Origin: Eledone cirrhosa
Lineage: Eukaryota
Assembly: GCA_964016885.1 (NCBI GenBank)
Contig: OZ024748.1
Location: 10,664,001-10,728,000 of the forward strand
Length of the DNA stretch: 64,000 bases
Direction: 5' to 3'
In this document: in pieces, positions 1-14,800 of the stretch
Layout of the letters: each line of letters starts with the position of its first letter
How positions within the stretch are numbered: the stretch's first letter is position 1
Position numbers and translations under genes: made by a program
Notes under the pieces: model-generated
Seen by the model: the letters and a program-made list of their open reading frames with translations, nothing else
Database searches by the model: none
Told to the model about the DNA's origin: nothing

Positions 1-68
1 GGCTGTACCCCACTTCCCATTTTAAAAACTTACTTTTATTTTAATTTTTGTTCTTGTTATCTTTCCAG

Positions 69-2438
69 GTTGTCTTCTCAGCTGATTCTTGATGCCTCGT
101 TACAGGCAACAGATGAGTTAGAAGTGGTAGACATACTGACATTACAACAACAACAGATTACATTACCAGATTATTGCCTTAACTTAATCTTCACTACTCT
201 CAACCTACTTAAAAAGTCTTCCCAGTTGTCAGATGTGTCCACTCTTGTACAGTTGCTGCCAAACACAATGGCCCTCCTCTCCGAAAGTATCACCATTGAT
301 ATTTGGAACAACGAAAGTGAAACTGCCAGGAAAATTGTAAATAAACTAAAAGACTGTATAGAGTTAATATGTGAACTACTACAGCAGCATCACCACAGAA
401 ACCAAATGTCTGATAATGGTAAACCTTCAGAGGAACTCATTGTGAAGTCCAGACAAATATTTATTGCACTAAGTGGTTTTCTAGTTTCTTTCCTCAAACA
501 ATTTGTTACTGTAGAACAGATCCAAGCTTCGATGCCAGAGATACTTCCAACCACCATAGAACTGGTAGCCTTTGATGAATGTGTGTCGCAGATGTGGCCT
601 GAACTCCACTCCTCTATGCTGGGTTACTTGCATCAACTAACCTATGACAAATACTGTCTCTATACACAGACAGCCAGAATTTGTACTTCCTTGCAACGGA
701 CTTGTTGCTTCCTAGAAAAATTTAGCCAAATGACTGACGACTCTGCAGAATTACTTGACCTAGCCAGCAGTTGTTTACTTGGAATACCTTACCATGTACA
801 TCCACCATTTATCCACAGACTTATTGATTTCTGTTCACAATATTGTCGAACGTTGGAGGTTTCTTGCCTGAAGGATGAAACACAAGTGTTTGAAATCTTT
901 GTGAAGTTACTAGCTCATTGTGAAGCAAGGGTGAAGGAGATAACTTATGAATACACCTTGAAGGTTGTGAAAGAATCTTTAAATATTAATAAAATTGCAG
1001 CCCAAACCTCTCCATCTTCACAGCTAGGAGTTAAGTTTTTAATTAATCCAATAGTTCTACATGAAATTATATTCTTTGGTATGGCTGACCAAAATAAAAG
1101 GATACCACAACTGGCATCTGATATTATGCTATATCTGCTACAAGCTCAACTTCTTGTAGATGGAGATATGTGGCAGGAATTCCTCACGGCTTTGGTCAAA
1201 TCTTTACCTGTGTTACAGTCTTATGCTGAGAATGAAACCCCACTTGGATATTGTGTTCTTGGAATGGTGGAACCTAATAAAGAAAATGCACCAACACAAT
1301 TGCCTCGCTGTGAGAAATTCCGAGGAGTTTTAAGGCTTTTATTTTTACCTAATAGCAAAGTTCGCTGTGAGGCTGTGACGCACCTGCTGTGGTTTATCTG
1401 TCATGAGAGCAATCAAGAGACCAAGCTACCTCAGGTGAATGATCTCAAGATATCAGACCTACCTGACTTCTTCTCCATGCCCTGTTTACAGCTACTGGAG
1501 TTGGAGCAGGAATCCTCCGTCTTTAATGCCGATGATGTAACCAAAGTATATAACATATTCTGCTCTAAGACACTTGATGAAGAAATGAAGAAGTCAGCTC
1601 TTGAACAACTTGCTATTATGTTACTTGATCAGAAACTTCATAATATCTTCAAAGAACTTGGTGGCATTGAAGAAATTCTGTTCTATATCCATCAAAGTGT
1701 CTTGAAAGAACCAGTTTCATCTCAGAAGTCAGTTAACTACAACATCTTTTTGCCATGTTGTCTGACAATTCTCTCTGTAATTTTACAACACAACAGTATC
1801 GAAAGACATCGACTGAAAGACCAAGAAGACTTATATTATACATTACTACGAGTTGCCTTGCTACATGACAAAGAAGACTCTCTAAAATATGAGGTCACCA
1901 AAATCTTGACCTTTCTCCTGTTTGATGAGGTGATTCTCTCAGACGCTGCTTGTAAACCAACAGATGACAAGACAAAGTTCACCAAGTTTTCAATGCCATA
2001 TATTATCTGTAAAAGATACAACTTCCCTTACAAACCACCCATGCACCCCCAGAGTTCCTCCATTTATGCTTGGGAGCATCCCACTTTATCTCCACTCACT
2101 CCAACTCTCAAAGAAATGATTCGATTTGCTTGGAACTTTGCCTGGCATCATGGTATCACTGGACTAGTGAAGTTTGGAGAAAATACTTCAAAATCAACAG
2201 AAACAGTTGAATATCCGAAACATTTGGAATTAAGTTCTACAGACTTCCAGATAATCAAAACCAGTCATTTGCCAACTGGTTTACAACAGGCTGTCCATGC
2301 TATTTCTACTGCTACGAACCATTTTGCTGTTAATTCAGCTTTGAATATACTCCATCTTTATATGGCAATGCCAGGGAACTGCCAAAATATTTCCTGCAAA
2401 ACTTTACACCAACTCAAATGGAATGAAGCATTATCTCG
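69..2438 (+). CDS. RTTN: RTTN large internal exon (2370 nt)
   Basis: Acceptor tttccag (AG 67-68), donor CG|GTAAGT at 2439; 790-codon helical-repeat ORF. Confidence 0.9.
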
Positions 2439-5400
2439 GTAAGTCTAATAAAAGATTACCTTATTTCACTGAAACCCTCTTTAACCATTTTGCTACGAAA
2501 CCTACCGCAAACTTCCCCTGTTTCTTCAATGAAACAAAACGACCCATTTTAACTCTTTAGTATTTACATTACTCTATATTTATTAATCTATTTTCATGGT
2601 AAAGGCTTTATCTCACATGATATCGACTCTATGAGATTTTGATATTATTTATTTTGAGAACAATACCTTAACATAAGTATGAGTAGCCAGTTACAGCCAG
2701 TTCGAACAGCTGGCTGGATATGGCTGGTTTAAATGCTAAAGAGTTAAAGGATTCCTGCTATCATCATTGTCGTATGTTTACTTTCCCTGCTAGCAAGGGT
2801 TGGATGGGTCTACATACACCAAGTCTGTATTGAAGCAGAGCTACTGACCTCCCAGACAGGCCAAGGGGTCTGCATCTCACTGAGGTTAGCTTTGCCTTTA
2901 ATGCTTACGGGGTTGATCAAATTAAGCACCAGTTACGCACTGAGGTCGATTTAATCGACTTTCCCTTCCCCCAAATTGCTGGCCTTGTGCCTATATAAGA
3001 AACCATTATTTAATTATATTCAGTTATATTGCATTCCTTTGTATTCTGAGTTCAAATCTCAGTGTGGTAAACGTCTAGGATCGATTGATCACATCTTATT
3101 GAAGTATGTACGATACGGTTTCGAATCTTAGATAAAGACGTTTGATTTCAATGTGTCACGTCAGGTGAGATCTCGTAGAATGAAAGATCGAATCAATTGA
3201 CAAGATCACAGACCTCACTCGCTTACCATGTGGGATGGAGCTCGTCAATCAGACCAAGGAAACAATGTTTCCATTGCTGATACTATCTACCGGTTGTAAC
3301 TTCTGGTAGAAAGAGCAACGTGAAATAAAATATCTTGCTCAATGGCATAACACATCTCCCGGTCTGGGAATCAAACTCGCAACCTCACTATTGCGAATCT
3401 AATTCTGTAACTACTAATGTACAAATACAATTTCACTCCGTCGTAAATTTTCGTCTAAAACTGATACTTTACGTGTAATCAATTTATAATTGTTATTGAA
3501 TGAAATAAATAAAGCTTCGACATGTTCAAAAGACCATAAAAAATTACAGAAATTGGGAAATGCATACAGTCCCAGCCCCCAGGGAGGATCGAACTCCCGA
3601 CCCCTGGTTTACAAGACCAGTGCTCTAACCACTGAGCTATGGAGGCGCTTACAGAATCAACTTAGAAATAGTATATATATCCACAGATGAGCTTTTGTAA
3701 GGAGTGAAGTGGGTGATTTGAGTTCGATCTTGGCTGTGGTCGAACATTTCGAGTCGGGTTGTTTCACGAATGACGTAAAACTGCAGATAAGACGGTCTGT
3801 CTTAGCCATGTTTATGTAATCTGTGTATGAGGGAGAATTACGTAATGTACAGTGACGTACGGTTATGTTATTGAATGAGTGTCAGTCGCAGCTTATTTAC
3901 ACAAGCATTGCTCCCTTACGCTAAAAATATTTTCGCTATTTTTCATTCATAAAATAGCTTTTGTTTACGTCTTGGTTTCACCAAATCGTCAGGAAAATAA
4001 GTTATACATGTGTTTGTGTATAGAGAGATAGCTAGAAGTATATATGCCTGTATCTATGATTTTATACATTTCCATAACTATTTTTTTCTCTGTCGATGTG
4101 TATATTATCAGTGTGTGTGTGTGTGTAATATATATTCAGGGTGTCCCCCAAAGACATCCTGTGTGTTTGTGTGTGTCTATTTCTTTCTCTTTGTCGATGG
4201 GTGTGTGTGTCTGTCTGTGTAGGACTCTCCCCTCGAGAACGACGTATTAACAAAGAACAAAGTATATATCATTAAATCTAATAAAAGCTAAGTACTAGCA
4301 GAATTAACGAAAGTGGGTAAAAATTTGATGGAATTAGTAAAAGCTAAGCTAAAGTTTAGGGGCTGACCTGTAGCAAAATCTCTCCATACATACTGAGCCC
4401 CAAATGCGAGAGACTACGTCTAGTTTGACAAGTGAGGTTACGTATAAGTTTAACATTTTAGCTCGTGTTTGTTTGTGCGTGTGTATACGCGCGCGCGTGT
4501 GTGTGTGTGTATGTGCGTGCACGCACCCGTGGCAATGCTGCGAATGTGTTGGCTTGCCTAAAACATTATTTTAGGGAAACTCAATGAGGGATTGACTATG
4601 CGGGTCTTCTGCGCTCCTCTCTCTCCCCTTTATTCCTTATTATTCAACCTTCACATTTTTTTCTCTTTACTATTATATATACATACATACAGGGTGTCCC
4701 CAAAATGGGCACTACAACGCTATTAGCTGTCAGTCCAGTGGAAAACAGGCGAAGGTGACGTCACTCGTCAACATCGTTTATTTCCGTATTACTACCACGC
4801 GTAAGTGGAGTTTTCACGCGGGGTTTTTTTTGGGGGGGGGGGGGGGGATAGGGAAGAGAGAGGGGGAAGACTTAAAGGGGCCAAATTAGGAAACAAATAG
4901 AAAACAAGTCATGGTTATAAAGCATATCGATGTAAGTGGAGTTACTTAAATGAAATTATAAGTGGCCCTTAAAAAGGCCAAATTAGAAAACAAATTTAAG
5001 TTAATTAGAAAACAAGTCATGGTTATCAATGTAGAAAACAAGTCATTCATAAATTTAAGTTTTATAATCAAATTTTTTTCACCAACAAATATGACAGCTA
5101 ATAGCGTTGTAGTGCCCGCAATTCTGTATTTTTACGTATATTGCGCATAGATACGAGGGTTGACAAAGATACTCTCATGGAATGTGACCAAATGAGGTTT
5201 ATTTTTCAACATAGTCTCCCTTGCGTTCCACACACTTCTTCCATCGGTGTTGCAGTACTGAGATCAATGTTTTCCTCGGTAGTGGCAGTTGTAGGACGTC
5301 CAGACATTGGGTCATCTTCAAGAATCCCCTATCCTTTCCTAAATTCGGCTGCCCACTTTTGCACAAAGGAAAATTGTGGTACACTATTGTAAGGTCTGCT

Positions 5401-8400
5401 TATATCATTATCCATCTTTCAAAAATGAAGGTCCACATTTCGTCGACTTCAATACATTTTATTACATTTTATTGTATTGTAAACATTAACTTTTATGGAA
5501 ATTTTATTACAAAATTTCAATTTAGTTTGATTTTTTGGAATTTATTTAACAAACGTGGAAAAATAAGAAAAAGAATAAAATAAAAAAAAATTTGATTGCC
5601 TTTAATAAAGAAGATAGAGTGGAACTGATTTCCAGGTCATACTAATGATACAAGGTTTTTTCCATTACTGATATTATCTGTCTGCCACAAGTCCTGGTAG
5701 AAGATGCTACACGAACTAAAGTATTTTACTGAAGGACGCAACATGCTGCAGGATCGAAGAAACGAACCCATGACTTTATAATGGTTAGTCCAGTACCGTA
5801 ACCCCTAAGGCATGTGCCTTCACAGAGGAAAGGTAAATCATATTATAACAGATTAGATCGGTACTATGTTAGATCGGTACTATGGTCGTCAGTCAAACAC
5901 TTTAACCATTGTATGTATGTGTGTATACATGTATGTATGGATGGATGTATGCATGTATGTATACATGTATATATGTAAGTATGTATGCGTGTATGAGAAC
6001 AACTGGAAGGACTTCAGGAGCTCGGTCTATGAGGCTTCAGCAGAGGTCTTTGGCTTTGTCACAAGAAAACAAGGACTGGTTTGATGAGAATGACCAGGAG
6101 GTCAAGGCTCTGCTAGACAGAAAACAAAAGGCACTTGATGCAGTTCTTAAAGGTGGTAGCTCTGTTGGTGACAATTATGAGCGTTACAGACAGGTAAAGA
6201 AGGAAGTGCAGGTGAAACTCAGGGCTATGCAAAATACCTGGTGGAGCAACAAAGCAGATGCAGTTCAAGTGGCATCTGACGGCAACAATGTGAAACTGCT
6301 GCACTTTCTACTCACAGAGGTGTATGGCCCTTTCAGCTCTCCAGTGGCCCCTTTGAGATCGAAAGATGGCAAGCAATTACTGCACGACCCAAAAGACACT
6401 CGACAGATAGAGAGATCACTTTGATGAGCTCTTAAACCAGCCATCCCAGGTTGATGATGATTTCCTTTGTTCCATTCCTATTGAACCAGTGAAGCATATG
6501 AGATGGCTAATGTATCTTCTCTTGCAGAGGAGACTTCTGTTGTGCATAAGCTGAACTGTGGTAAGTCTCCTGGTATGGATGGTCTGAGTGGAGCGGTTTT
6601 GAAGTGTGGTGGTGAAAACTTCACGCAGCGCCTGACTGACCTCATGAAAATGGTGTGGGAAGATGAGAATGTCCCACAAGAAGGATGCGCTCATGGTGAT
6701 TCTCCATAAAGGAAAGGACAAATGTGGCAATTATCATGTCATATCCCTTCTTTCAGTAGTTGGTAAAGTCGTGTCGAATATTGATGGATAGATTGATCCC
6801 AAGAGTTGCTCTGAATGTGTTGCCTGAGTCGCAGTGTGGGTTCAGAAACGAAAGAGGAACAGTGGATATGATCGTTTCTGCTTGGCAGCTGCAAGAAAAG
6901 TGTATCGAACAATGTATGGACCTTTACCAGGTCTTTGTTGACTTGACAAAGGCCTTTGACACTGTCAATCGAACTGCGTTGTGGGAAAAAAATCCAAGGT
7001 AGGGTAGAAGATTCTGCATCTTTTCCATGATGACATGAAGGCTTTGGTCAGTATTGGTGGTAGCATCTCTGAACCAATATCAGTTGAAAATGGAGTGAAG
7101 CAGGGGTACATTCCGGCTCCAACTCTGTTTTCCTAATATTTTACGATAGTGTTTCTCATGGCATTCAAATATTGATCTCATGGGGTTTACATCAGGTATC
7201 GCACTTCAGGAAGGTTGTTCAACACCAGGCGCTTTGGTACAAGCACAAAGGTATTAACATCTATAATCCGAGAGTTTTTGTATGCAGACGACCGATCTTT
7301 TTGCACACTCACAAAGTGACATGCAGCATATTATGAACTCTTTTTCTGCTGTTGCAGCACTTTGGGCGTCACAATATTCTTGGAAAAGACTGTTGGGATG
7401 TATCAGCCAGTACCTGGAAACGAGTACACTGCACCAAGTGTGTACGTGTATGGAAAGAGGCTAAAAGTTGCTGACAAGTTTGTTTACCTTGGTAGTACGT
7501 TGAACACTTCATGCACACATGATAATGAAATATCCTTAAGAATCAAGAAAGCCAGTGATGCTTTTGGACGGCTGCATCAACGTTTATGGTCCAGACGAGG
7601 TATCACTATCGAAACATAGGTGAAAGTGTATCTGACTTGTGTCGTCTCCTCTTTACTTTGTTTGTGAAACGTGGGTCACATACAGAAAGCACCTCAAGGA
7701 TCTGGAGAGATTTCACCAACAATCTCTTCATAAGTTACTTGGGGTGTGGTGGAAAATGTTCGCCAGTGATTTGGAAGTTCTAGAACAGATGTGTAATAGT
7801 AATATACGCGAACAGCAAAGCATAAACAAACTGAAAGAGAAACTAGGCATAAGAGGAATCAAATGTTGTGTGCAGGAGAGGAGGTGGCGTTGGTATGGAC
7901 ATGTGATTCGTATGAAGGATGACAGCTACATAAAGTCCCAGAAAGACTTGAGATGAAGTGATAAAAGCGGACCTTGCCCAATTGTACCTCTGAAAGGCAA
8001 TGACACAGGACCAAGATCTCTGGCGTTATGAGGTAATACAGAAACCCCAATTTCCCAGGGGCCCAGGCCAAGGCTGAAACATACATACAGTATGCACCAC
8101 TCCATCCCACCCACCAATATATATCTTTCATGAGAACAGGCCGAAACACTGTAAAGTGGTCGTGATGGTGACACGGTAAAAAACACCCAGTCCACACTGT
8201 AAAGTAGTCGTGGAGGTATCACGACAAAAAACACCCAGTACTCACTCTAAATGAACTTGGCATTAGGAAGGGCAACCAGCTGTAGAAACCAAGCCAAAAT
8301 CAGTTCTTTATGAGCAAGACATGGTCACCTGCCCTAACATTGCCAACAACAGAAGGCACATGGCTCAGTGGTTAGAGCATTGGGCTTGCAATTGAAAGGT

Positions 8401-8764
8401 TGTGAGTTTAATTAATATTAGCAATTCTAATATATACAGGTGTCGATTTAGTTGACTTTCCCCTTCCCTTCAAATTGCTCTCCTTGTGCCAAAAGTAAAA
8501 CAAAAATATACAGGACTCGCCATACCTGCGAACTCTAAAAGTTCACCTTTCCTTTTTGCTAAATAAACAAACATTTAATGAATCCCATGAAACTGTTTAT
8601 ATTTACCAAATACTGGAACATCGGAGGTTTAGTAGCATTCTTTTATATTCTATTACTGGTATCAATCATTAGACTGGTATTGTTTCATCGATTTGTATTG
8701 ATTATCGAACTGCTAAGTAAAGTGACACAATATAAACAACAACATCGATGTCAACATAAACTCA

Positions 8765-8805
<41 letters not shown>

Positions 8806-11800
8806 AGAGGCATATATATATATATATACACGTACACACACACATACGTGTACACACACACACATATGGTGGGCTTTCGCACAGTTTCCATCTACCAAAT
8901 TCCATTCACAAGATGGACGGAGAAAGGCAATTAAATCAACCCCAGTACGTTACTGGTACTTTATTTTATCGCCCCTGTAAGGATGAAATTTGATGAGATT
9001 TGAACTCCGAGCGCACAGGGACGTAGCTCTGTGGCAAAAAGCATTCTGTCTGACGCTCTACAGATTCTGCCAATATACCACCCTACAAATTATTAAACAC
9101 TAATGTATGTTTTGTTTTTTCTTGTATTTTTCTTTTGTTCCAGTTTTCTCCAAGTAGTTCCCTGCAGTCCTCCAGATCAGTGGCTACTGTGTGAGGTGTT
9201 GTATTTTATTGGCTCTGTCTTCAAACTCAGCTGCATCATTCCCTCACACATACTACAGTGGTTTGCTGATATTGTCTATAACCCTAAGGCAGCTCTCTAC
9301 AACTTGCTACACAAAACTGAGACGGCACAGGAACTGACAGAGAGCATGGCTGCTTTGAAAAAGTTAGAAACCAATCATATTCTTCATCATCATCATCATC
9401 ATCACTACCATCACCATCATTACCATACTACCATCTCCATCATCCATCATCACCACTACCGCCACCACACCATTATCACTATCAGCATTCAAATCCCGCC
9501 GAGATTAACTTTGCCTTTCATCCTTACGGGGGGTCGATAAAATAAAGTACCAGTAATGCACTGGGGTAATTGCTGGCCTTGTGCCAAAAAGTAGAAACAA
9601 TTATCATTATTGTCTATCATTAGAATCATCACCATCACCATTACCATCATCATCACTATCACCATCATCATTACTACCATCATCATTACTACCATCATCA
9701 CTATCACCATCGCCATCATCACCATCACCATCACCACCATCACCATCACCTCCATCACCATCACCATCACCATCACCATCACCATCATTACTATCACTAC
9801 CATCACCATCACCATCACTATTATCCATTGTTACAATCATCATCATCATCATCATCATAGGTTAAACATTTTTCTTTTTCTTTCAGATCGTTAGAAAAGG
9901 AAGTTATTAATGTTATAAGTTGTTTCCTCTCTCATCAACCTTATATTTTACATAGCAAGTAAGTATTGCTTCCATATGTTTGTATATGTGGGTGTGTATG
10001 TGTTTGTGTATGTGTGTATATATGTGTGTGTGGTGAGATCCTCTTTTGATGAAGCCAAGGCCTTGTTTTGATCTGTGTGTGTGTGGTGAGGTAGTCAGTT
10101 TATCAACAACCATAACACCCAACATCAACATCAACCAAGGATCCATCTTTAAAGCAGTAAAGTTTTGTTTTATTGTTAATGTTTTTTGTTTGTAATTATC
10201 TATTATTATCATTATTCTTCTTTTTTTTTTAATTCTAGGTTAAAGATGGGACAGTTACGAGGAGATTTGACTGAAATGTTGCTAGTTCACCTGAATGTAG
10301 CTGAAGCTCCACATTTCTATAACTTGGCACCACTGCAGGCTTCTTTACAGTGTTTAATGCACATCACTGCAAGGTAAGATGCATCTTACTGCAACTTTAC
10401 TGTGTTACATAGGATTATTACTTTATTTTTTGTTGTTACTGTTTAGTCCTGACCTGCTGAATATGATGAACAATAGAATTGAATGGTGACAGGGAGTCAA
10501 GAAAATCTGTCCAGCAGTGTGATATCATCATTGTCATTGGCGATATCATTTTAACTTTCCCTTTCCCTGCTAGCAAGGGTTGGACCTATTGATTGATAGT
10601 CATGGATGGAAAGGCAGGCTCTCTGATGTGACTAATGCTAGGATAGAAGGTATCCTAAAACCAGAGTTAGAGTTCTAGTTCAATTGCTTGCAACAGTGTG
10701 GGACTTGCAGAAGTATAAGACTCAGTGGTATCATGGGGCCTGAGGGCCTTGCTGGAAGTAAGGGCCTGATGATGTCATGGGGCTGGATGATCTTGCCGGA
10801 AGTATAAGGCCCTGATGATCAGCTCCTTTCTTCTGTCAGCAGCTGTGATGGGAAGATAGTACCAGCAATGGAAAGACCAATGGAAGCATGTTTTACTTGG
10901 TCTGATCTGATGATCAGCTCCTTTCTTCTGCCAGCGGTTGTGACCAGAATATAATATCAACAATGGAAAGACAAATGGAAACATTAATGGTTTGGTCCAA
11001 TCTAACAATTGGCTACTTTTCCCTGAGATAATATTTTGCAGCTGGATGTCCCTGATACCAACCCTTTTAGCCACCTCTTATGACATCCAGGGATAAGGTG
11101 TACCTATTCTAAAAACCAGGATACATATGGTACCCCTTCTAATTCTGTTTGTGGTGTTGTTTTACTGTTTCAGACTGGGTTGGAGTGGAGAAACTAGTGA
11201 GATCGATGGGTTTAGTTTGACTTTGAAACTTCTACGCTGTTTGTTGGAGGTAAATACTTATTGTCATTATCATCATCACCATCACTGTCATCATCACCAT
11301 CACTATCATCATCACCATCACTATCATCATCATCATCATCAACATTATCATTGTCATCATCATCACTATCGTCATCATCATTGTATGTAAATCTCTAGTT
11401 TCATGTAATATCAACATAAACACTATTATCATTAACACCACAACCAATAACACCACCACAACCAACACCAGTAACATGACTACCACCAACACCACCACCT
11501 TCACTATCACCAACATTACCAACACTACCACCACCACCACCAACAAATCCACACTGTATTGTCGTGTGTGTTGTCCTTAATGTTTTCTTCATGTGATTAA
11601 TAAAGCAGTCATTATTTATTATTGTTGTGTATTTATCTCGCAGATAATATCTGCATTCCACATTGGTCGTGGTGGCACCGTGTTGTCCTACATGGGTAAA
11701 GGTGTGACCAAATCAACCAGTGTGTGTCTCCAACACCTCGCCTTAGAGATGGACATGTATTCAGAGAATGAGGTAGGATTGAGTCTTCTTCTACTACTAC

Positions 11801-14800
11801 TACTTCCACTATTACTACTTCCATCACTACCACTACTATTATTACTACTTCCATTACTACTACTTCCATCACTACTACTTCCATCACTACTACTATTACT
11901 ACTACTACTTATATTACTACTGCTACTTCTACTACTACTACTTCCACTATTACTACTTCCATCACTACCACTACTATTATTACTACTTCCATTACTACTA
12001 CTTCCATTACTACTACTTCCATCACTACTACTTCCATCACTACTACTATTACTACTACTACTTATATTACTACTGCTACTTCTATTACTACTACTACTAC
12101 TACTTGTATTACTACTGCTACTACTATTACTACTTCTACTGACTTTGTGTGTGCATGTTGGTATTTGCCTTTCATCCTTATGAGGCCTATAAAATAAAAT
12201 ACCAGTAATGCACTGGGGTCGATCTGATCCATTTTCCCCTCCCTCGAAATTGTCCATTATATGTCCAGTTAAATAATAAGTTATAAAATTATTTCTTATT
12301 TTATTTGCAGAAATGGGCAGAACATTGGTTGTACATGAAGGAACAGAACCGACTTTTGATGGAAACTGGTTTGAATTGGATGTTAACACTGTGGGCTTAT
12401 CGAGATCCTGAGGTATGTTTATAGAAATCAGGGGACTTACTGTGACACCTCCTAGGTATTGTTGTAATTAAGGGCTTACCGAGATCCTGAGGTATGTTTA
12501 TAGGAATCAGGGGACTTACTGAGACCCCTCCTAGGTATGGTGTTGTAATTAAGAGCTTACACTGACCCTAAAGTATCTAAAGTATGTTTATAGTTATTAA
12601 GGGTTTACTGAAACCCTAAGATATGTTACTATATGTATGTTATACTTTTACTGTATATATTATTGACTCCCTGTATTTGTGTGTGTTAGCATGTTTGAGT
12701 GTGTGTGCATGTGTGTTTGTATTGGTGTGTGATTTTGTGTATGTTGGTATTGGTGAGTTAGCATGTATGTGTGTATGTGTTAGCAGGTATGAGTGTGTGT
12801 GTGTATGTTAGCATGTATGAATGTGTGTGTGTGTATTAGCATATGCATGTGTGTTAGCATGTGTGTGTATGTTAGCATGTGTGTGATAGCATATGTATGT
12901 GCGTGTGTTAGCATGTATGTGTATATATCCACCCATCCAGTGAAACTCTCCATTAATCTAAATATTCTCTTGTATCTCCAACCAGGTGAGATGTGCTGGA
13001 CTTGGTATAGCGGTCAGTCTATCATGTAGTAGTGTTGGTCGGTCATTGGTCATTGCCAACTGTCAACATATACCTGGGGGTATATGGGGTGTAGTCTTTA
13101 CTATTCTCCTAGACTCATCAGAAAGTAGCATGGTTAGACAACAGGTATATAACTCTCTTTCTATCACTCTCTCTTTAGACACACTCTCATTTAGCTTTCC
13201 CTCCCCCCCTCTCTCTATATATATATAGCTATCTCTATACTATATATACTGTATCTATACCATATACACCCTGTATATAGCTATCTCTATACCATATACA
13301 CCCTGTATATAGCTATATCTATACCATATACACCCTGTATATAGCTATATCTATACCATATACACCCTGTATATAGCTATCTCTATACCATATACACCCT
13401 GTATATACTGCATCTATACCATATACACCCTGTATATACTGCATCTATACCATATACACCCTGTATATACTGTATCTATACCATATACACCCTGTATATA
13501 CTGTATCTATACCATATACACCCTGTATATCCTGTATCTATACATTGGTTGCCATCTTTACTGCAGGCTGCCTATTTGTTGGTGAACCTAATATCAAAGC
13601 CATTACCCACCAGTAACAGTAACAATGGTAGCAATGATGCCACAGATGGACCAGTAATCAATGATTCTTACTATCAGGTGAGCAATCTACACTATAACAC
13701 AACACACTGTAACACAACACACTGTAACACAACACACTGTAACACAACACACTGTAACACAACACACTATGACACAACACACTATAACACAACACACTAT
13801 ACTACAACACACTGTACTACAACACACTGTACTATAACACACTGTACTACAACACACTATAACACAACACACTATAACACAACATACTGTACTACAAGAC
13901 ACCATACTACACTACAACACAACACTATACTACAACACACTATACCACACTATACTACAACACACTATACCACACTATACTATACCTCACTATACTATAA
14001 CACACTATACTATACCACACTATACTATAACACACTATACTATACCACACTATACTATACTACACTATACCACACCACACTATACTACAACACACTATAC
14101 TATACCACACTATACTATACCACACTATACTACAACACACTATACTACAACACACTATACTATACCACACTATACTATAACACACTATACTATAACACAC
14201 TATACTACAACACACTATACCACACTATACTACAGCACACTATACTACAACACACTATACCACACTATACTATAACACTATACTACAACACACTATACTA
14301 TACCACACTATACTACAACACACTATACTATAACACACTATACTACAACACACTATACTATACCACACTATACTATAACACACTATACCACACTATACTA
14401 TACCACACTATACTATAAGACACTATACTACAACACAATACTCTATACCACACTATACTACAACACACTATACTACAACACAATACTCTATACCACACTA
14501 TACTACAACACACTATACTATAACACACTATACTACAACACACTATATTCTCCTTATATTTCATTCATTATATTTCAGGAACCTTTGGTTGGTCTCACAG
14601 CTTTGATAGTTTTACTACAACACTGTCAATTCTATCGAACTGTTACTCAGCTCTTAGCTATGTATTATCCACAACTTACTATAAGTCCTCTCACCTTTAT
14701 CAACACTAATTATTCTGTGTTACCTGCATCTGTGTTAGATGTACCTGTTACAGTAGGTAAGTACTATCTCTATGGTACAGTGTGTGTGGTGGTACAGCGT

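Noticed and set aside
10760-10930. Repeated CTGATGA motifs
   Set aside because: No GAAA or stems; part of a local ~95-bp duplication.
9489-12389. Poly-His/Ile/Leu/Ser/Met ORFs
   Set aside because: Translations of (CAT/CAC/CTA)n trinucleotide repeats in introns.
13549-14418. 289-aa ORF with NTTHC/TLYY repeats
   Set aside because: Only 13567-13677 is an RTTN exon; the rest is stop-free satellite after a GTGAGC donor.
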